This document shows, in pieces, positions 9,555 through 18,180 of a stretch of 64,000 nucleotides of DNA. The notes beneath the pieces were generated by a model. That model did not search any database and was not told the DNA's origin. It saw nothing but the letters and a program-made list of their open reading frames with translations. The DNA is from an uncultured virus (IMG/VR IMGVR_UViG_3300037067_020175). Lineage: Duplodnaviria > Heunggongvirae > Uroviricota > Caudoviricetes. The DNA is taken from IMG/VR virus record IMGVR_UViG_3300037067_020175; one strand, 5' to 3'. Positions within the stretch are counted from its first letter, which is position 1, and every line of letters begins with the position of its first letter. Both the position numbers and the translations under genes were made by a program.

Positions 9555-9651
9555 GGTGCGAGATCAGGCGAATCGCGGGGTAGCCCCGGAGGGCGGTTCG
9601 GGAAACATTTGCAGTGTATACGAAGTATCCGCAATTCTATCGCAACGCACC
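9555..9651 (-). ncRNA. Y RNA-like gene, copy 1
   Basis: GGTGCG-TTGCGATAGA...TACTTCG...TCGCCTGATCT-CGCACC; UCCG tetraloop hairpin; 3' U-run; directly upstream of Ro60. Confidence 0.72.
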
Positions 9652-9684
9652 GGTTGCCTAATAGATTTTCAACTCGTTTAAACA

Positions 9685-9778
9685 AAGTGCGAGATTAGGC
9701 GAGCAGTGTGTACCCGTCCCGAAGGACGGAATGTAACCAAAGTGTAACGAAGTAACACCACTCTATCGCAACGCACTC
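9685..9778 (-). ncRNA. Y RNA-like gene, copy 2
   Basis: Same conserved blocks as copy 1 with a different but pairing stem (GAGTGGTGT/ACACTGCTC) and CCGTCC-TTCG-GGACGG hairpin. Confidence 0.72.
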
Positions 9779-9805
9779 TTGCAAGATCTATATTTGAAAT
9801 TCCGA

Positions 9806-9814
9806 GTATATAAA
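9806..9814 (-). promoter_or_regulatory. Archaeal TATA box for the Y RNA/Ro60 unit
   Basis: TTTATATAC about 27 nt upstream of Y RNA copy 2. Confidence 0.6.
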
Positions 9815-9848
9815 TCTTTACAAAATTCGTGGGAATTTGTCCCAAAAA

Positions 9849-9894
9849 CGTGAACGGGGCTCGCACCCGCGCGCAGACTTTCAACTGTTTCACG
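9849..9894 (-). ncRNA. tRNA-like element
   Basis: CGTGA...GCGGG-TGCGAGC-CCCGT-TCACG. Confidence 0.7.
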
Positions 9895-9959
9895 CAAACA
9901 TAACCTTTTTAAACTCCACCAGCGCATAGATCACATCATACCATAAGGAGAGTCCTATA

Positions 9960-10319
9960 ATGGAGAAATGCTTAGAAATTAATGTTGGTGAACCAATGGC
10001 AGTTAAATGTGCAAGCATAACGGTAATCGCCGCGCCACCCGTAATTAGCTTAACATCGGTTACGTGTCCGGCTCAGTGTAACGTAGGAGAATCAGTAACG
10101 GTAACAGTAATCTGTACTAATACCAGCCAGACAAACGGAATCGCAAATCTGAAATTCACAGTGAACGGGACTGGGACTCCAAATCCAGCAACCGTATCGC
10201 TCAATGTCCCGGCAAATGGAACAGCATCGACATCATTCACGTATGTTCCAACTGCGGCAACTATGGCAGGTACGACTCAGACCGCATGTGCAGAATTGGT
10301 AAGCGTATCAAGCGCTTGA
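9960..10319 (+). CDS. Ig/CARDB-like beta-sandwich protein
   Basis: Thr/Val-rich strands; end (ACAELV) resembles the N-terminal domains of the PKD proteins at 58-62 kb. Confidence 0.65.
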   Translation: MEKCLEINVGEPMAVKCASITVIAAPPVISLTSVTCPAQCNVGESVTVTVICTNTSQTNGIANLKFTVNGTGTPNPATVSLNVPANGTASTSFTYVPTAATMAGTTQTACAELVSVSSA

Positions 10320-10553
10320 TCATTCATGGCACCGAGAACGCGCGTTAGATTAGTAAGAGGGATACCCTCTACTCTATGCGCTTCTACAACCGTTGTTGGA
10401 ACTATCAGCACGCGGTTGTGCGCGCCCGTTATTGTCAATGTGATACCACCAGTTCCGATTTTAACATCTGTTGGAAACTGGGTATCGTATATTTTAAAAT
10501 CAGTGTGGGGATTTTTTGTGCGGAAGTGATCCCGCCACAATCCAGCCACTGCG

Positions 10554-10859
10554 TCAAATTCCTCCAACACTTGAACCTGTATAATCCATGTTATATACTA
10601 CCGACTTGTTCACGATCTTGTAACCAAGTTCTCCGAGAATCACACGGACATACTGGTCGGGGATATAGTGTTTGTTTTCGTGCCTACGATAGTGAGCTGC
10701 AAGTAACCTCGCCTGAATCTCAGACGCATGGTGAGGATGTATGAATCCTTCGACAAGTATAATAACCTGATCGGTGATTTTCAAATCTCGTATTAGCTCT
10801 CCATCGTAAACGACAAGTGCAGTTACTTCCAATTCGCTTTTCATTTTAAAGTCTCCCAC
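10554..10859 (-). CDS. Hypothetical protein
   Basis: 101-aa ORF in the minus-strand run. Confidence 0.55.
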   Translation of the reverse strand: MGDFKMKSELEVTALVVYDGELIRDLKITDQVIILVEGFIHPHHASEIQARLLAAHYRRHENKHYIPDQYVRVILGELGYKIVNKSVVYNMDYTGSSVGGI

Positions 10860-10883
10860 ACAATATCAGTCCACCATTCATAC

Positions 10884-11066
10884 TCATTCGCCAAGCTTTA
10901 GAAGAATCCCGCCGATAATCACACCGGTCAATGATATAACCCATAACACCCACATCATTGTGGTGGCTCCGATCATCTCCATTACCATGAACGAATTCAC
11001 ATATCCAGCAATTAATGCCGATACAGTCAAAAATAGTCCTATAATCAAAACCCCAACATTTGTCAT
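10884..11066 (-). CDS. Small membrane protein
   Basis: GAGGT SD; two hydrophobic helices. Confidence 0.6.
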   Translation of the reverse strand: MTNVGVLIIGLFLTVSALIAGYVNSFMVMEMIGATTMMWVLWVISLTGVIIGGILLKLGE

Positions 11067-11077
11067 AATACCTCAAC

Positions 11078-11386
11078 TCATTTCGTGTTCAAGTCCATAC
11101 CAGACGTGAATTCTCTGTGAACCATAGTAAGTTGATAAATCCGGTATTCTTTCCATAAGTCTGCAATATCCGGATTCTCTTCCTCACACAGCTTGATTGC
11201 CTCTTTTGCATCTTCAATCGTAGTGAAATAGTTCACCGTGTACCCATTCGGATGCCTTTGTTCCAGCCACCCACTCGCAAAGTGATATCTACCATCTGGG
11301 TAAATTTCGCTTGGCGTGACCGTTTTAAACTGGCGACATCTCACCATGAAGTTTCTGTGGATATCAACCTTTTCGTCACCAGTCAT
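11078..11386 (-). CDS. Hypothetical protein
   Basis: 102-aa ORF. Confidence 0.6.
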   Translation of the reverse strand: MTGDEKVDIHRNFMVRCRQFKTVTPSEIYPDGRYHFASGWLEQRHPNGYTVNYFTTIEDAKEAIKLCEEENPDIADLWKEYRIYQLTMVHREFTSGMDLNTK

Positions 11387-11560
11387 TCTACCAGAACCGA
11401 AGAATTGATGCGAGTTACTTGCGCATCTTGTTCGATTGCCTCATCAAAATCAATATCCTGACCGTTCATCACTCTTTCTTCAGCCAATATCTGACTATCA
11501 GCTTCGACCTCGATCTCTTTTGTGACTTCTTCTGTATAACTTATACGATACTTCATCATC

Positions 11561-12739
11561 TCACCCTTTCAGGTTATACACAGGCTTCAGGAAGTTCAAT
11601 ACCGTTGCTGTAGGATTGATTGCGTCCATGATCATCCGATAGTCCTTATAACAGTCCGGAGACTCATCCAGTGTCCCAGCACAAACACTTGTCGTCTGAA
11701 TTCCTTCCATGTCCTTCTGATACTTCTCAAGTGAGAGTTCCCTCTTCGCCTTGTTTCTCGAAAGGACACGTCCGGCTCCATGCGGAGCTGAGCAATTCCA
11801 TTCCTCGTTGCTCTTTCCAAGACAGATGATAGTTCCATCGCGCATGTTGAACGGAATAACCATCTTTTCTCCCCTGTAAGAACGAATTGCACCCTTGCGC
11901 ACAATCATGTCCTGTGGGTCAACAAAGTTATGAATAGACTCGATTACATCAACCACATCGCATCCCATTATCTCTGCAATGGCATCCGATATGATCTTAC
12001 GGTTCATCGAAGCAAACTGCTGAGCAAATATCATGTCGATAAAATACTCGTATGCGTTTTCTCCTTCCAAGAATGCCAAGTCAGATTTCCCTGCCTTCTT
12101 CTGGTGGTAATTTGCAACCTTCAACCCGAAGTTACGAGACCCTGAGTGCACAACAGACCATAGTTTCCCGTGGTCGTCAACATCGATCTCGATGAAATGG
12201 TTGCCACCTCCAAGCGTCCCGCACGAGTTCTTTACTTGATCCTCGGAAGAACCGATTTTCTTGCACACGTATTCGAGATATTTGTGTGTGTAGTCAATCG
12301 GGGAATAGTCAGAACCCATCATATCATTGTAAGACTTCGTGAATGCGTTTAGTTCCTTTTGCGACTCGTAGTATATCAACTTGAATACGTCTGCCATGTT
12401 TCGGTATTGAGACGTGTGAATGTTGAATCCGAGAGGGACACGCTTGCGCAATGCCTTGTCTCGCGGGGTGAAGTCGGTTTCAGATAACGACATATCGGTC
12501 TCACAGGCTGTCATCCCGCACCCAATATCTACTCCAATTGTGTTAGGGCAGACCTTACCATTTAACTTCACTGTAAGCCCGATTACAGAACCCTTCCCCT
12601 CGTGTGTGTCGGGCATGATGCGCACAGGGTTTGTGAACGGTTCTGTGTTCAACATAGAGATTGTCTGGGAAATGACTCCTTCCTCCACGTTGTCAATTGT
12701 TATCAATGCACTTCCAAATTTTCCAGATAACGGAATCAT
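11561..12739 (-). CDS. rtcB: RtcB RNA 3'-phosphate/5'-OH ligase
   Basis: MPDTHEGKG, GVDIGCG, GTLGGGNHF, HSGSR, HN, RKGA, PHGAGR, DESP..YK and terminal NLKG. Confidence 0.95.
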   Translation of the reverse strand: MIPLSGKFGSALITIDNVEEGVISQTISMLNTEPFTNPVRIMPDTHEGKGSVIGLTVKLNGKVCPNTIGVDIGCGMTACETDMSLSETDFTPRDKALRKRVPLGFNIHTSQYRNMADVFKLIYYESQKELNAFTKSYNDMMGSDYSPIDYTHKYLEYVCKKIGSSEDQVKNSCGTLGGGNHFIEIDVDDHGKLWSVVHSGSRNFGLKVANYHQKKAGKSDLAFLEGENAYEYFIDMIFAQQFASMNRKIISDAIAEIMGCDVVDVIESIHNFVDPQDMIVRKGAIRSYRGEKMVIPFNMRDGTIICLGKSNEEWNCSAPHGAGRVLSRNKAKRELSLEKYQKDMEGIQTTSVCAGTLDESPDCYKDYRMIMDAINPTATVLNFLKPVYNLKG

Positions 12740-13260
12740 ATTCCAGCCTCCTTACAAACGTTGTCCCAGTATGATTTATACCCTATACGTGATTTGAAAT
12801 GAGGGTCTTTCTTCATCATTGCAGCAACTACAGGATTGCTTGCCCACTCGTGTGAACGGGCTTGCGACTTCTTGTAGTCGAATCCTTTGTAGTCCGGGAG
12901 AACCATAGTCCACTTGTGGTGATACACCGGAGGATCTCTGTTAATATAGTCGATTACCTTTACTTGGAATCCGGGATACACGATAATAGATCTTTGGAGT
13001 ATCGGTTCGTCGAGCTCGTCCCATCCATATACCTTGAGAAAAGAAACGCAGATAACACATCCATGATCAACACAAAGTTTTACAACATCATAGTCGCTTT
13101 TTTTCAAAGGCATTAGACTATACATCATGTGTTTAGACAATTGGAGAAGAATTTCCCCATATTGCTCCGGAATACCCGGTGGTAGCTTCCACACGTAATC
13201 CTTATGCACGTACCAGTTGTTTCCAACTACTTTTCCACGCCACGGTGTTTTTTCTGACAT
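12736..13260 (-). CDS. Protein resembling the non-MTase domain of the DNA phosphorothioation-associated putative methyltransferase
   Basis: YVH, VVKL...VSFL, DEP.LQRS and DY...PPVYHHK...V.PDY pattern, recalled from memory. Confidence 0.5.
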   Translation of the reverse strand: MSEKTPWRGKVVGNNWYVHKDYVWKLPPGIPEQYGEILLQLSKHMMYSLMPLKKSDYDVVKLCVDHGCVICVSFLKVYGWDELDEPILQRSIIVYPGFQVKVIDYINRDPPVYHHKWTMVLPDYKGFDYKKSQARSHEWASNPVVAAMMKKDPHFKSRIGYKSYWDNVCKEAGI

Positions 13261-13407
13261 TCGGATCACTCCTTCTTTCGACCACAAAGTATGCATGTGT
13301 TGGACTTTTCATCACTACTGTTTATTAAAACGATTGCAGCAATGGCTCCAAAGATGACTCCAAAGAAGAACCCTACCAAAAAGATCGCACTTTCGATTAA
13401 CACAATA

Positions 13408-13926
13408 TCACCAGTCGTAAACGCAGACCCACACGGGTGTGCGATATCCTTTCTTCTCGATCCGGTCTATTCCACCCGCGAATCCGAGTCGCAGTGTACT
13501 TTCAAGAAAATCCACGGACATGTCGCACTTCCTCGGATTTAACGGATAATTGCAGACGAACTTTCCACCCTTGTTCATGAGTGTCCGTATATCCATGAGA
13601 AGGTTGCACACTTCGGCGATACTTGGTTGAACATTTATGACGTTGTTTGCAAAAACGATGTCATACCTGCGGGACAATGCGTGAGAATCGTGGACACCTT
13701 CTACAAAGTTAATCCCGATCTCATGCGCAACCACATTGAATCCGAGGTCTCGCAGATATATTGTCCCGAACGCATCCTTCCCGGCACCGAAGTCAAGTAT
13801 CTCATCTCTCTTCGACGCAATACCGGCAACGATAGATGGCATGACTTGCTTGCGCGAGCACATCGGGGAGTAAGTTTTATTCACTGCCGTTATATATTCC
13901 TCTGAATACTCATCTGCGTAATTCAT
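13408..13926 (-). CDS. Class I SAM-dependent methyltransferase
   Basis: ILDFGAGK motif I; YDIVFANNVINV; start set at MNYADEY. Confidence 0.8.
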   Translation of the reverse strand: MNYADEYSEEYITAVNKTYSPMCSRKQVMPSIVAGIASKRDEILDFGAGKDAFGTIYLRDLGFNVVAHEIGINFVEGVHDSHALSRRYDIVFANNVINVQPSIAEVCNLLMDIRTLMNKGGKFVCNYPLNPRKCDMSVDFLESTLRLGFAGGIDRIEKKGYRTPVWVCVYDW

Positions 13927-13927
13927 T

Positions 13928-14158
13928 TTATTCACATCCCAACGATCCCACGATCTGTTGTGCTGGATACCATTTCTCTTCTCCGTCAACAACAATCATG
14001 AATTCTTTCTTCGATGCATATCCACGCACACCTTTTATGGTGACGTATCCGAACTTCGGAGAGATAAGCTGGTCTCCCTTTTTAAAGCTGATCAATTCTC
14101 GTTTTGATGTCATTTTACCCTTTGCCTCCCAACGTGCCAGTAATGGCAGAACGGGCAT
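13928..14158 (-). CDS. Hypothetical protein
   Basis: ORF in minus-strand run; start uncertain. Confidence 0.5.
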   Translation of the reverse strand: MPVLPLLARWEAKGKMTSKRELISFKKGDQLISPKFGYVTIKGVRGYASKKEFMIVVDGEEKWYPAQQIVGSLGCE

Positions 14159-14173
14159 TCGTATGCATTCACT

Positions 14174-14419
14174 TTAATCGATTTGTCCTTCGCGTTCATA
14201 CTTTGCGCATAATTCATCGCCGTTTGTTTGTCCAGTCGTTTCTTTGCTCCGCACATGCGTAGCGCTTTTTCCTGCACATTCAACTTGTTTCACCCCCTGT
14301 GATTGGTAACAGTATGATGCTGCCGCAGCCACGGAACAACCCCGTTCTCCGATATCAATAACTGTGAGTTTACCGGATGCCGGATTCACATATTTCTGTG
14401 GAAGTTTGAACATCTTCAC
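14174..14419 (-). CDS. Hypothetical protein
   Basis: 81-aa ORF. Confidence 0.5.
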   Translation of the reverse strand: MKMFKLPQKYVNPASGKLTVIDIGERGCSVAAAASYCYQSQGVKQVECAGKSATHVRSKETTGQTNGDELCAKYEREGQID

Positions 14420-14630
14420 CCTCGTTAGCTAATTCGTGCGCTTTACTGTGGCACACATAACAGAGATCCCTCTTCTCTATCTTTATTTTCCAGTTGTTCT
14501 TGCCGGTCACTGGTGCCCCACACAGACATCTGGTCTCTCCTTTGTTATAGAGGTGCCAGTATCCATCGTCTTCGATCTGGTTCTTGAAAAATAATATCGG
14601 CATTACAACTCCTGTTGGCACTCCTGCCAC
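14370..14630 (-). CDS. Small Cys/His Zn-binding protein
   Basis: WH...CLCG...CYVC. Confidence 0.55.
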   Translation of the reverse strand: MAGVPTGVVMPILFFKNQIEDDGYWHLYNKGETRCLCGAPVTGKNNWKIKIEKRDLCYVCHSKAHELANEGEDVQTSTEICESGIR

Positions 14631-14947
14631 TTGAGTTCATGCAACAACCATTCGTAATACTCGATACACCGTGACATCTCTGGGCATCCGAGGTTATCTT
14701 CAAGCATACACCCGCACCCATCGCACGGGTTTTTCTTTCTTTCCACCCATTCGGGATTGCTTATTGAAATGACGCACATCGGTAGAGGGCAAAAATATAA
14801 CGTTCCACTACTCGCGCTCCAGAAGAATCCCATCCAGAAATCAAACCATGCCAAGAATACCGATATCGTGATTTTGGATGATACGCGGAATCTCATATCA
14901 ATCCTCTTTGGGACGACTTGCCTTTCCCCACCGTTTAATAGCCGCAA
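14603..14947 (-). CDS. Hypothetical Cys-rich protein
   Basis: FLAWFDFWMG...YFCPLP; start uncertain. Confidence 0.5.
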   Translation of the reverse strand: MRLLNGGERQVVPKRIDMRFRVSSKITISVFLAWFDFWMGFFWSASSGTLYFCPLPMCVISISNPEWVERKKNPCDGCGCMLEDNLGCPEMSRCIEYYEWLLHELKWQECQQEL

Positions 14948-15239
14948 AAGCCTCGTCGCACGATTCTTTGCTTAGTCTGAACATCTCTATGACCGTTGGC
15001 GCAAACCAGTCGAACTCTTTCATGCAATACCGGCATGGATTCACTGATATATCCTTGTGCATCTTTTCGAGCTTGTCCTTATCAGATTTCAAAGGACTGC
15101 TGAAACAGTCGGGGCAGAACTGACGACCACAGACGCCGCACGTGCTGTATCGTATAGTGTCCTTCCCGCAGTAATCACAGGTGACAACCTCTTCTTCTTT
15201 TGTAATTGTCACTGTTCGTGTAACGCGCATAATTTTCAC
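14898..15239 (-). CDS. Zinc-finger protein
   Basis: Four CxxC motifs; GAGGTGA SD. Confidence 0.7.
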   Translation of the reverse strand: MKIMRVTRTVTITKEEEVVTCDYCGKDTIRYSTCGVCGRQFCPDCFSSPLKSDKDKLEKMHKDISVNPCRYCMKEFDWFAPTVIEMFRLSKESCDEAFAAIKRWGKASRPKED

Positions 15240-15266
15240 CTCTCCACATTGTAAAAAATGATTGTC

Positions 15267-15590
15267 TTATCTCATAGCGAGTAGTCGGATTATCCCTTCT
15301 GGTGTTTCAAGTGATGCCAGTTCGTTTGATACGATATCAGAGTAAGTCTGGGAAGCCAGACCATAGACTACCCCTTCGGTAACGGTCTTCAGATTGCTGA
15401 TATCTTCCATCACAGTTTTGCCACTATCTTCAGAGAATTTTGCATATCCCTTCTCAAGATTCCCAATCCTGATATTCGTAAGGAGAGAATCGAAGGATTT
15501 CATTATACTTCGCTCAGCCATTTTTGTGATCTCGTTTAACCGATCTTCGGATATATCGAGATAGTCCTTGATATTTTTCATTTTTCCCAT
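15267..15590 (-). CDS. Hypothetical protein
   Basis: Follows a tRNA-like element and hairpin leader. Confidence 0.7.
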   Translation of the reverse strand: MGKMKNIKDYLDISEDRLNEITKMAERSIMKSFDSLLTNIRIGNLEKGYAKFSEDSGKTVMEDISNLKTVTEGVVYGLASQTYSDIVSNELASLETPEGIIRLLAMR

Positions 15591-15625
15591 ACGGTTTCAC
15601 TTCCATTTCGCCCATCTTGGGCACG

Positions 15626-15664
15626 CCGTGGACGGGGCTTGCACCCGTGTGCCGCTTGACACGG
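15626..15664 (-). ncRNA. tRNA-like element
   Basis: CCGTG-TCAAGCGGCAC-ACGGG-TGCAAGC-CCCGT-C-CACGG. Confidence 0.75.
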
Positions 15665-15687
15665 TAAAAAATAAAGGGATTGGTGAA

Positions 15688-16566
15688 TTACGCTTCTTTA
15701 CCTACCTGTACCACTGGTGTTGGATTTACCCGTCCCGTGGAATCGATTGGCATAAAGTACGTAGCACCACTGTGCTGTTTCATCATCTCGATTGTGTACC
15801 ACTCAAGATAGTTCTGTGTGAGTGACCCGGAAATGATCTTGTTTGCGTCAGCAATACCCTGCGCTTCAGCGCGCATACGGTCTGCTTCCTTCTCCTGAAC
15901 CCTGACCTCGTTTTCCTTTGTCTTGATCTTGGTCTCCATGTTCATCTGGTCGGTTCGCGCATTGGTAAACTCAGGCGGGAAGTCGATATTACGGACGTAT
16001 ACCTGCTCTACAGTGATAGAATTCGGGACACCAACAGTCTCGATTCGTTCCCTCAATCCAGAGAGAATGCGCGCTTCTACAACAAGTCTGTCAGCAGTCC
16101 CGGCAGTACTTGCAGAGTACAATGTCTTCGCATCATACTGTGATACAACATCTCGCGGGACGGTGTGGATTGGGTCTCTGAGTACCTTGTCTTCATACTT
16201 AGTCCCAACATTTTTATACACTTCGACAGCTTTATCCGGATTCAGGTGATATGTCACTGCAATACCAACGGTAACCTTCATAGCCTCGTTCGAAAGTCCG
16301 GTGATAGTTGCAACATCTGTCTTCTCATAGTCCATGTATTTGGTGGTCTGCATGGACATTGGAATAACATCAACCCACGGAGCCTTGATGTGGAACCCCG
16401 GTTTGAGAGTATCGTTGCTCACATCCCCATATACGTTCTGAATACCAACACTGCCTGCTGGAACCGAAGTTGTAAAAAATCCAAATACTGCGCAGATTGC
16501 AACAATAGCGATTAAAACTACCACCATATACCCAAACACATTGTGGTCTCTTCCGTCGTGATACAT
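15688..16566 (-). CDS. SPFH/prohibitin (band 7) membrane protein
   Basis: N-terminal TM, VPAGSVG, PGFHIKAPW, VRNIDFP and AEAQGIADA coiled coil. Confidence 0.88.
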   Translation of the reverse strand: MYHDGRDHNVFGYMVVVLIAIVAICAVFGFFTTSVPAGSVGIQNVYGDVSNDTLKPGFHIKAPWVDVIPMSMQTTKYMDYEKTDVATITGLSNEAMKVTVGIAVTYHLNPDKAVEVYKNVGTKYEDKVLRDPIHTVPRDVVSQYDAKTLYSASTAGTADRLVVEARILSGLRERIETVGVPNSITVEQVYVRNIDFPPEFTNARTDQMNMETKIKTKENEVRVQEKEADRMRAEAQGIADANKIISGSLTQNYLEWYTIEMMKQHSGATYFMPIDSTGRVNPTPVVQVGKEA

Positions 16567-16570
16567 TGAT

Positions 16571-16786
16571 TTACCTCTGATTCAATTCATCTTCCCGAAC
16601 AAGTGTGAGTACGTGTTTTGTTTTCGAGCACGAATGTTCGGTGAGTTCAAACTTCTCTCGCCGGGTCTTTACGTCCTTCACAGTGACGTATGTATACCCA
16701 TTGATCTCAATTTTGCTCCCAATCATAAACGGAAACAGGTCAGACTCCGTGGAGATTTCTACATCGCCAGCTACTATTCCGGGCAT
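16571..16786 (-). CDS. Hypothetical protein
   Basis: GAGGT SD. Confidence 0.6.
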   Translation of the reverse strand: MPGIVAGDVEISTESDLFPFMIGSKIEINGYTYVTVKDVKTRREKFELTEHSCSKTKHVLTLVREDELNQR

Positions 16787-16969
16787 TTACTGACCTCTCT
16801 TACTGAATCCCAGACAACCATCTTCGGTCTTGATCTCAGGAATACGGGCACGATACAGATTGATATCATCAACCGTATGAATCTCCTTCCCAAGAACCTG
16901 ACACCAATTGGGAGAATAGTTCCCGTAATGGAAACACTCTTTGCATGGTATCTCTACCACTTTTAACAC
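16787..16969 (-). CDS. Small Cys-rich protein
   Basis: CKEC...WC...GC; GAGGTG SD suggests a GTG start near 16960. Confidence 0.55.
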   Translation of the reverse strand: MLKVVEIPCKECFHYGNYSPNWCQVLGKEIHTVDDINLYRARIPEIKTEDGCLGFSKRGQ

Positions 16970-16992
16970 CTCTTTATCCCACGATGGGGAAT

Positions 16993-17084
16993 TGCAGGGT
17001 GCGGAATCGAACCGCTAATCTACCCAGAGAAAACAAACAAAGAAACAAACTCTGGATCGCCTTTACCATTAGACCATTCCCCGC
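16993..17084 (-). ncRNA. tRNA-derived RNA with the anticodon loop replaced by a 20-nt U-rich loop
   Basis: GCGGGG/CCCTGC acceptor; TG-GTCT-AATGGTAA-AGGC D-arm; ATCCAGAG/CTCTGGGT stem; GCGG-TTCGATT-CCGC T-arm. Confidence 0.7.
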
Positions 17085-17158
17085 CACATTTCGCCGGGAG
17101 CTGCCCGGACTTGATCTACACCGCGCGTATTGTAGCGCACGAGCGCGACTCGTGCTAT

Positions 17159-17222
17159 TGGTGATGTGGGAGTCGAACCCACGACCTTAGGTTGCACCGG
17201 TATCCGTCCGGACTCATCACCA
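17159..17222 (-). ncRNA. tRNA-like RNA with vestigial anticodon arm
   Basis: TGGTGAT/ATCACCA acceptor; CCGG-ACGGATA-CCGG; ACC-TAA-GGT; GTGGG-TTCGACT-CCCAC. Confidence 0.7.
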
Positions 17223-17309
17223 AGTGCCTTATTCTCTTACCCTTTTATATCGGCACAACCCTGCTGAACTTATCCGAGTTTTTCAAGGGCACAGGGTTGG
17301 TCTTAAAGA

Positions 17310-17600
17310 TTAGAAGGTGTTATCTTCTTCGTTGGTCTCCACGTAATCGAGAGAGCCATCGTTTTGAAGCTGCAAGTCGAGATCCCGATTGATACCTGCA
17401 CAGACCGACATGATATCATCGCTGTTCTTTGGCAGGGAGATAATATTACCCTTCTCAATGGGACACCCACGCTCGTCAACGAGATAGACGAGAACAACAT
17501 CGTCACCGTTGGAATTCTTGGTCTCCTTCAGTGCATAAAAGAACCGGGCGGGCTTTACAGTCTTACACCCGATTCCACCACATTCGATTTTTCCACTCAC
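17310..17600 (-). CDS. Hypothetical protein
   Basis: GAGGT SD; GTG start after a tRNA-like element. Confidence 0.65.
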   Translation of the reverse strand: MSGKIECGGIGCKTVKPARFFYALKETKNSNGDDVVLVYLVDERGCPIEKGNIISLPKNSDDIMSVCAGINRDLDLQLQNDGSLDYVETNEEDNTF

Positions 17601-17637
17601 GTTTTACCTCACATTCTTTTTCTCCCACGAAGGGGAA

Positions 17638-17677
17638 ACTGTGAACGGGGCTCGCACCCGAATGCTGCTGACACAGT
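17638..17677 (-). ncRNA. tRNA-like element
   Basis: ACTGTG...CGGG-TGCGAGC-CCCG-TT-CACAGT; outer stem compensated. Confidence 0.72.
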
Positions 17678-17714
17678 AGTTTCTGATTTTTCTGGTAAAT
17701 AAAGAGTTGTATTC

Positions 17715-17960
17715 TTATCCAAACGCGATATGACCAACCAAAATGGCTGTCAGGATTATATCCCAGACCAGTAGTGCACCCATTGTACCGGTGTGATTCT
17801 TCGAAATGGTCTGCATCTTAAAAATAATCTTCAGGATGTGAATCAATGTATCCTGCATTCGTATGTTACGCTTCATGAGGTCATTTATTTTCAATTGTGT
17901 TTCGTCGTCCATAACAATCACATCCCAAAAACGATTATTGCAACAGCCACGAGCGCGCAC
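17715..17960 (-). CDS. Small protein with C-terminal TM helix
   Basis: Hydrophobic C-terminus; start probably MDDETQ. Confidence 0.55.
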   Translation of the reverse strand: MRARGCCNNRFWDVIVMDDETQLKINDLMKRNIRMQDTLIHILKIIFKMQTISKNHTGTMGALLVWDIILTAILVGHIAFG

Positions 17961-18180
17961 ATGATTACAATCGTTTCTTCATCGGTGATCATTCGTCTCA
18001 CCTGTTCTCGTGGAACATACCTTCCTCAAACTCTTCGTACACTGTGATAAACTGGTGGCTGCTACAATACATACACCCATTATCAAAGTCCTGCATCTGA
18101 TACATGCCACAGTTGTTGCATCTCACATACGTGCTTTGTTTGCCGCGCAGTTGCGACATTGTTTTTGCCATCATATGATA

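Noticed and set aside
9503..9893. Ro60 N-terminal extension to 9685 and ORF 9678-9893
   Set aside because: These frames read through the Y-like RNAs and a tRNA-like element; the SD supports TTG 9502
16993..17222. Functional decoding tRNA genes
   Set aside because: Neither has a 7-nt anticodon loop or a recognisable bulge-helix-bulge intron
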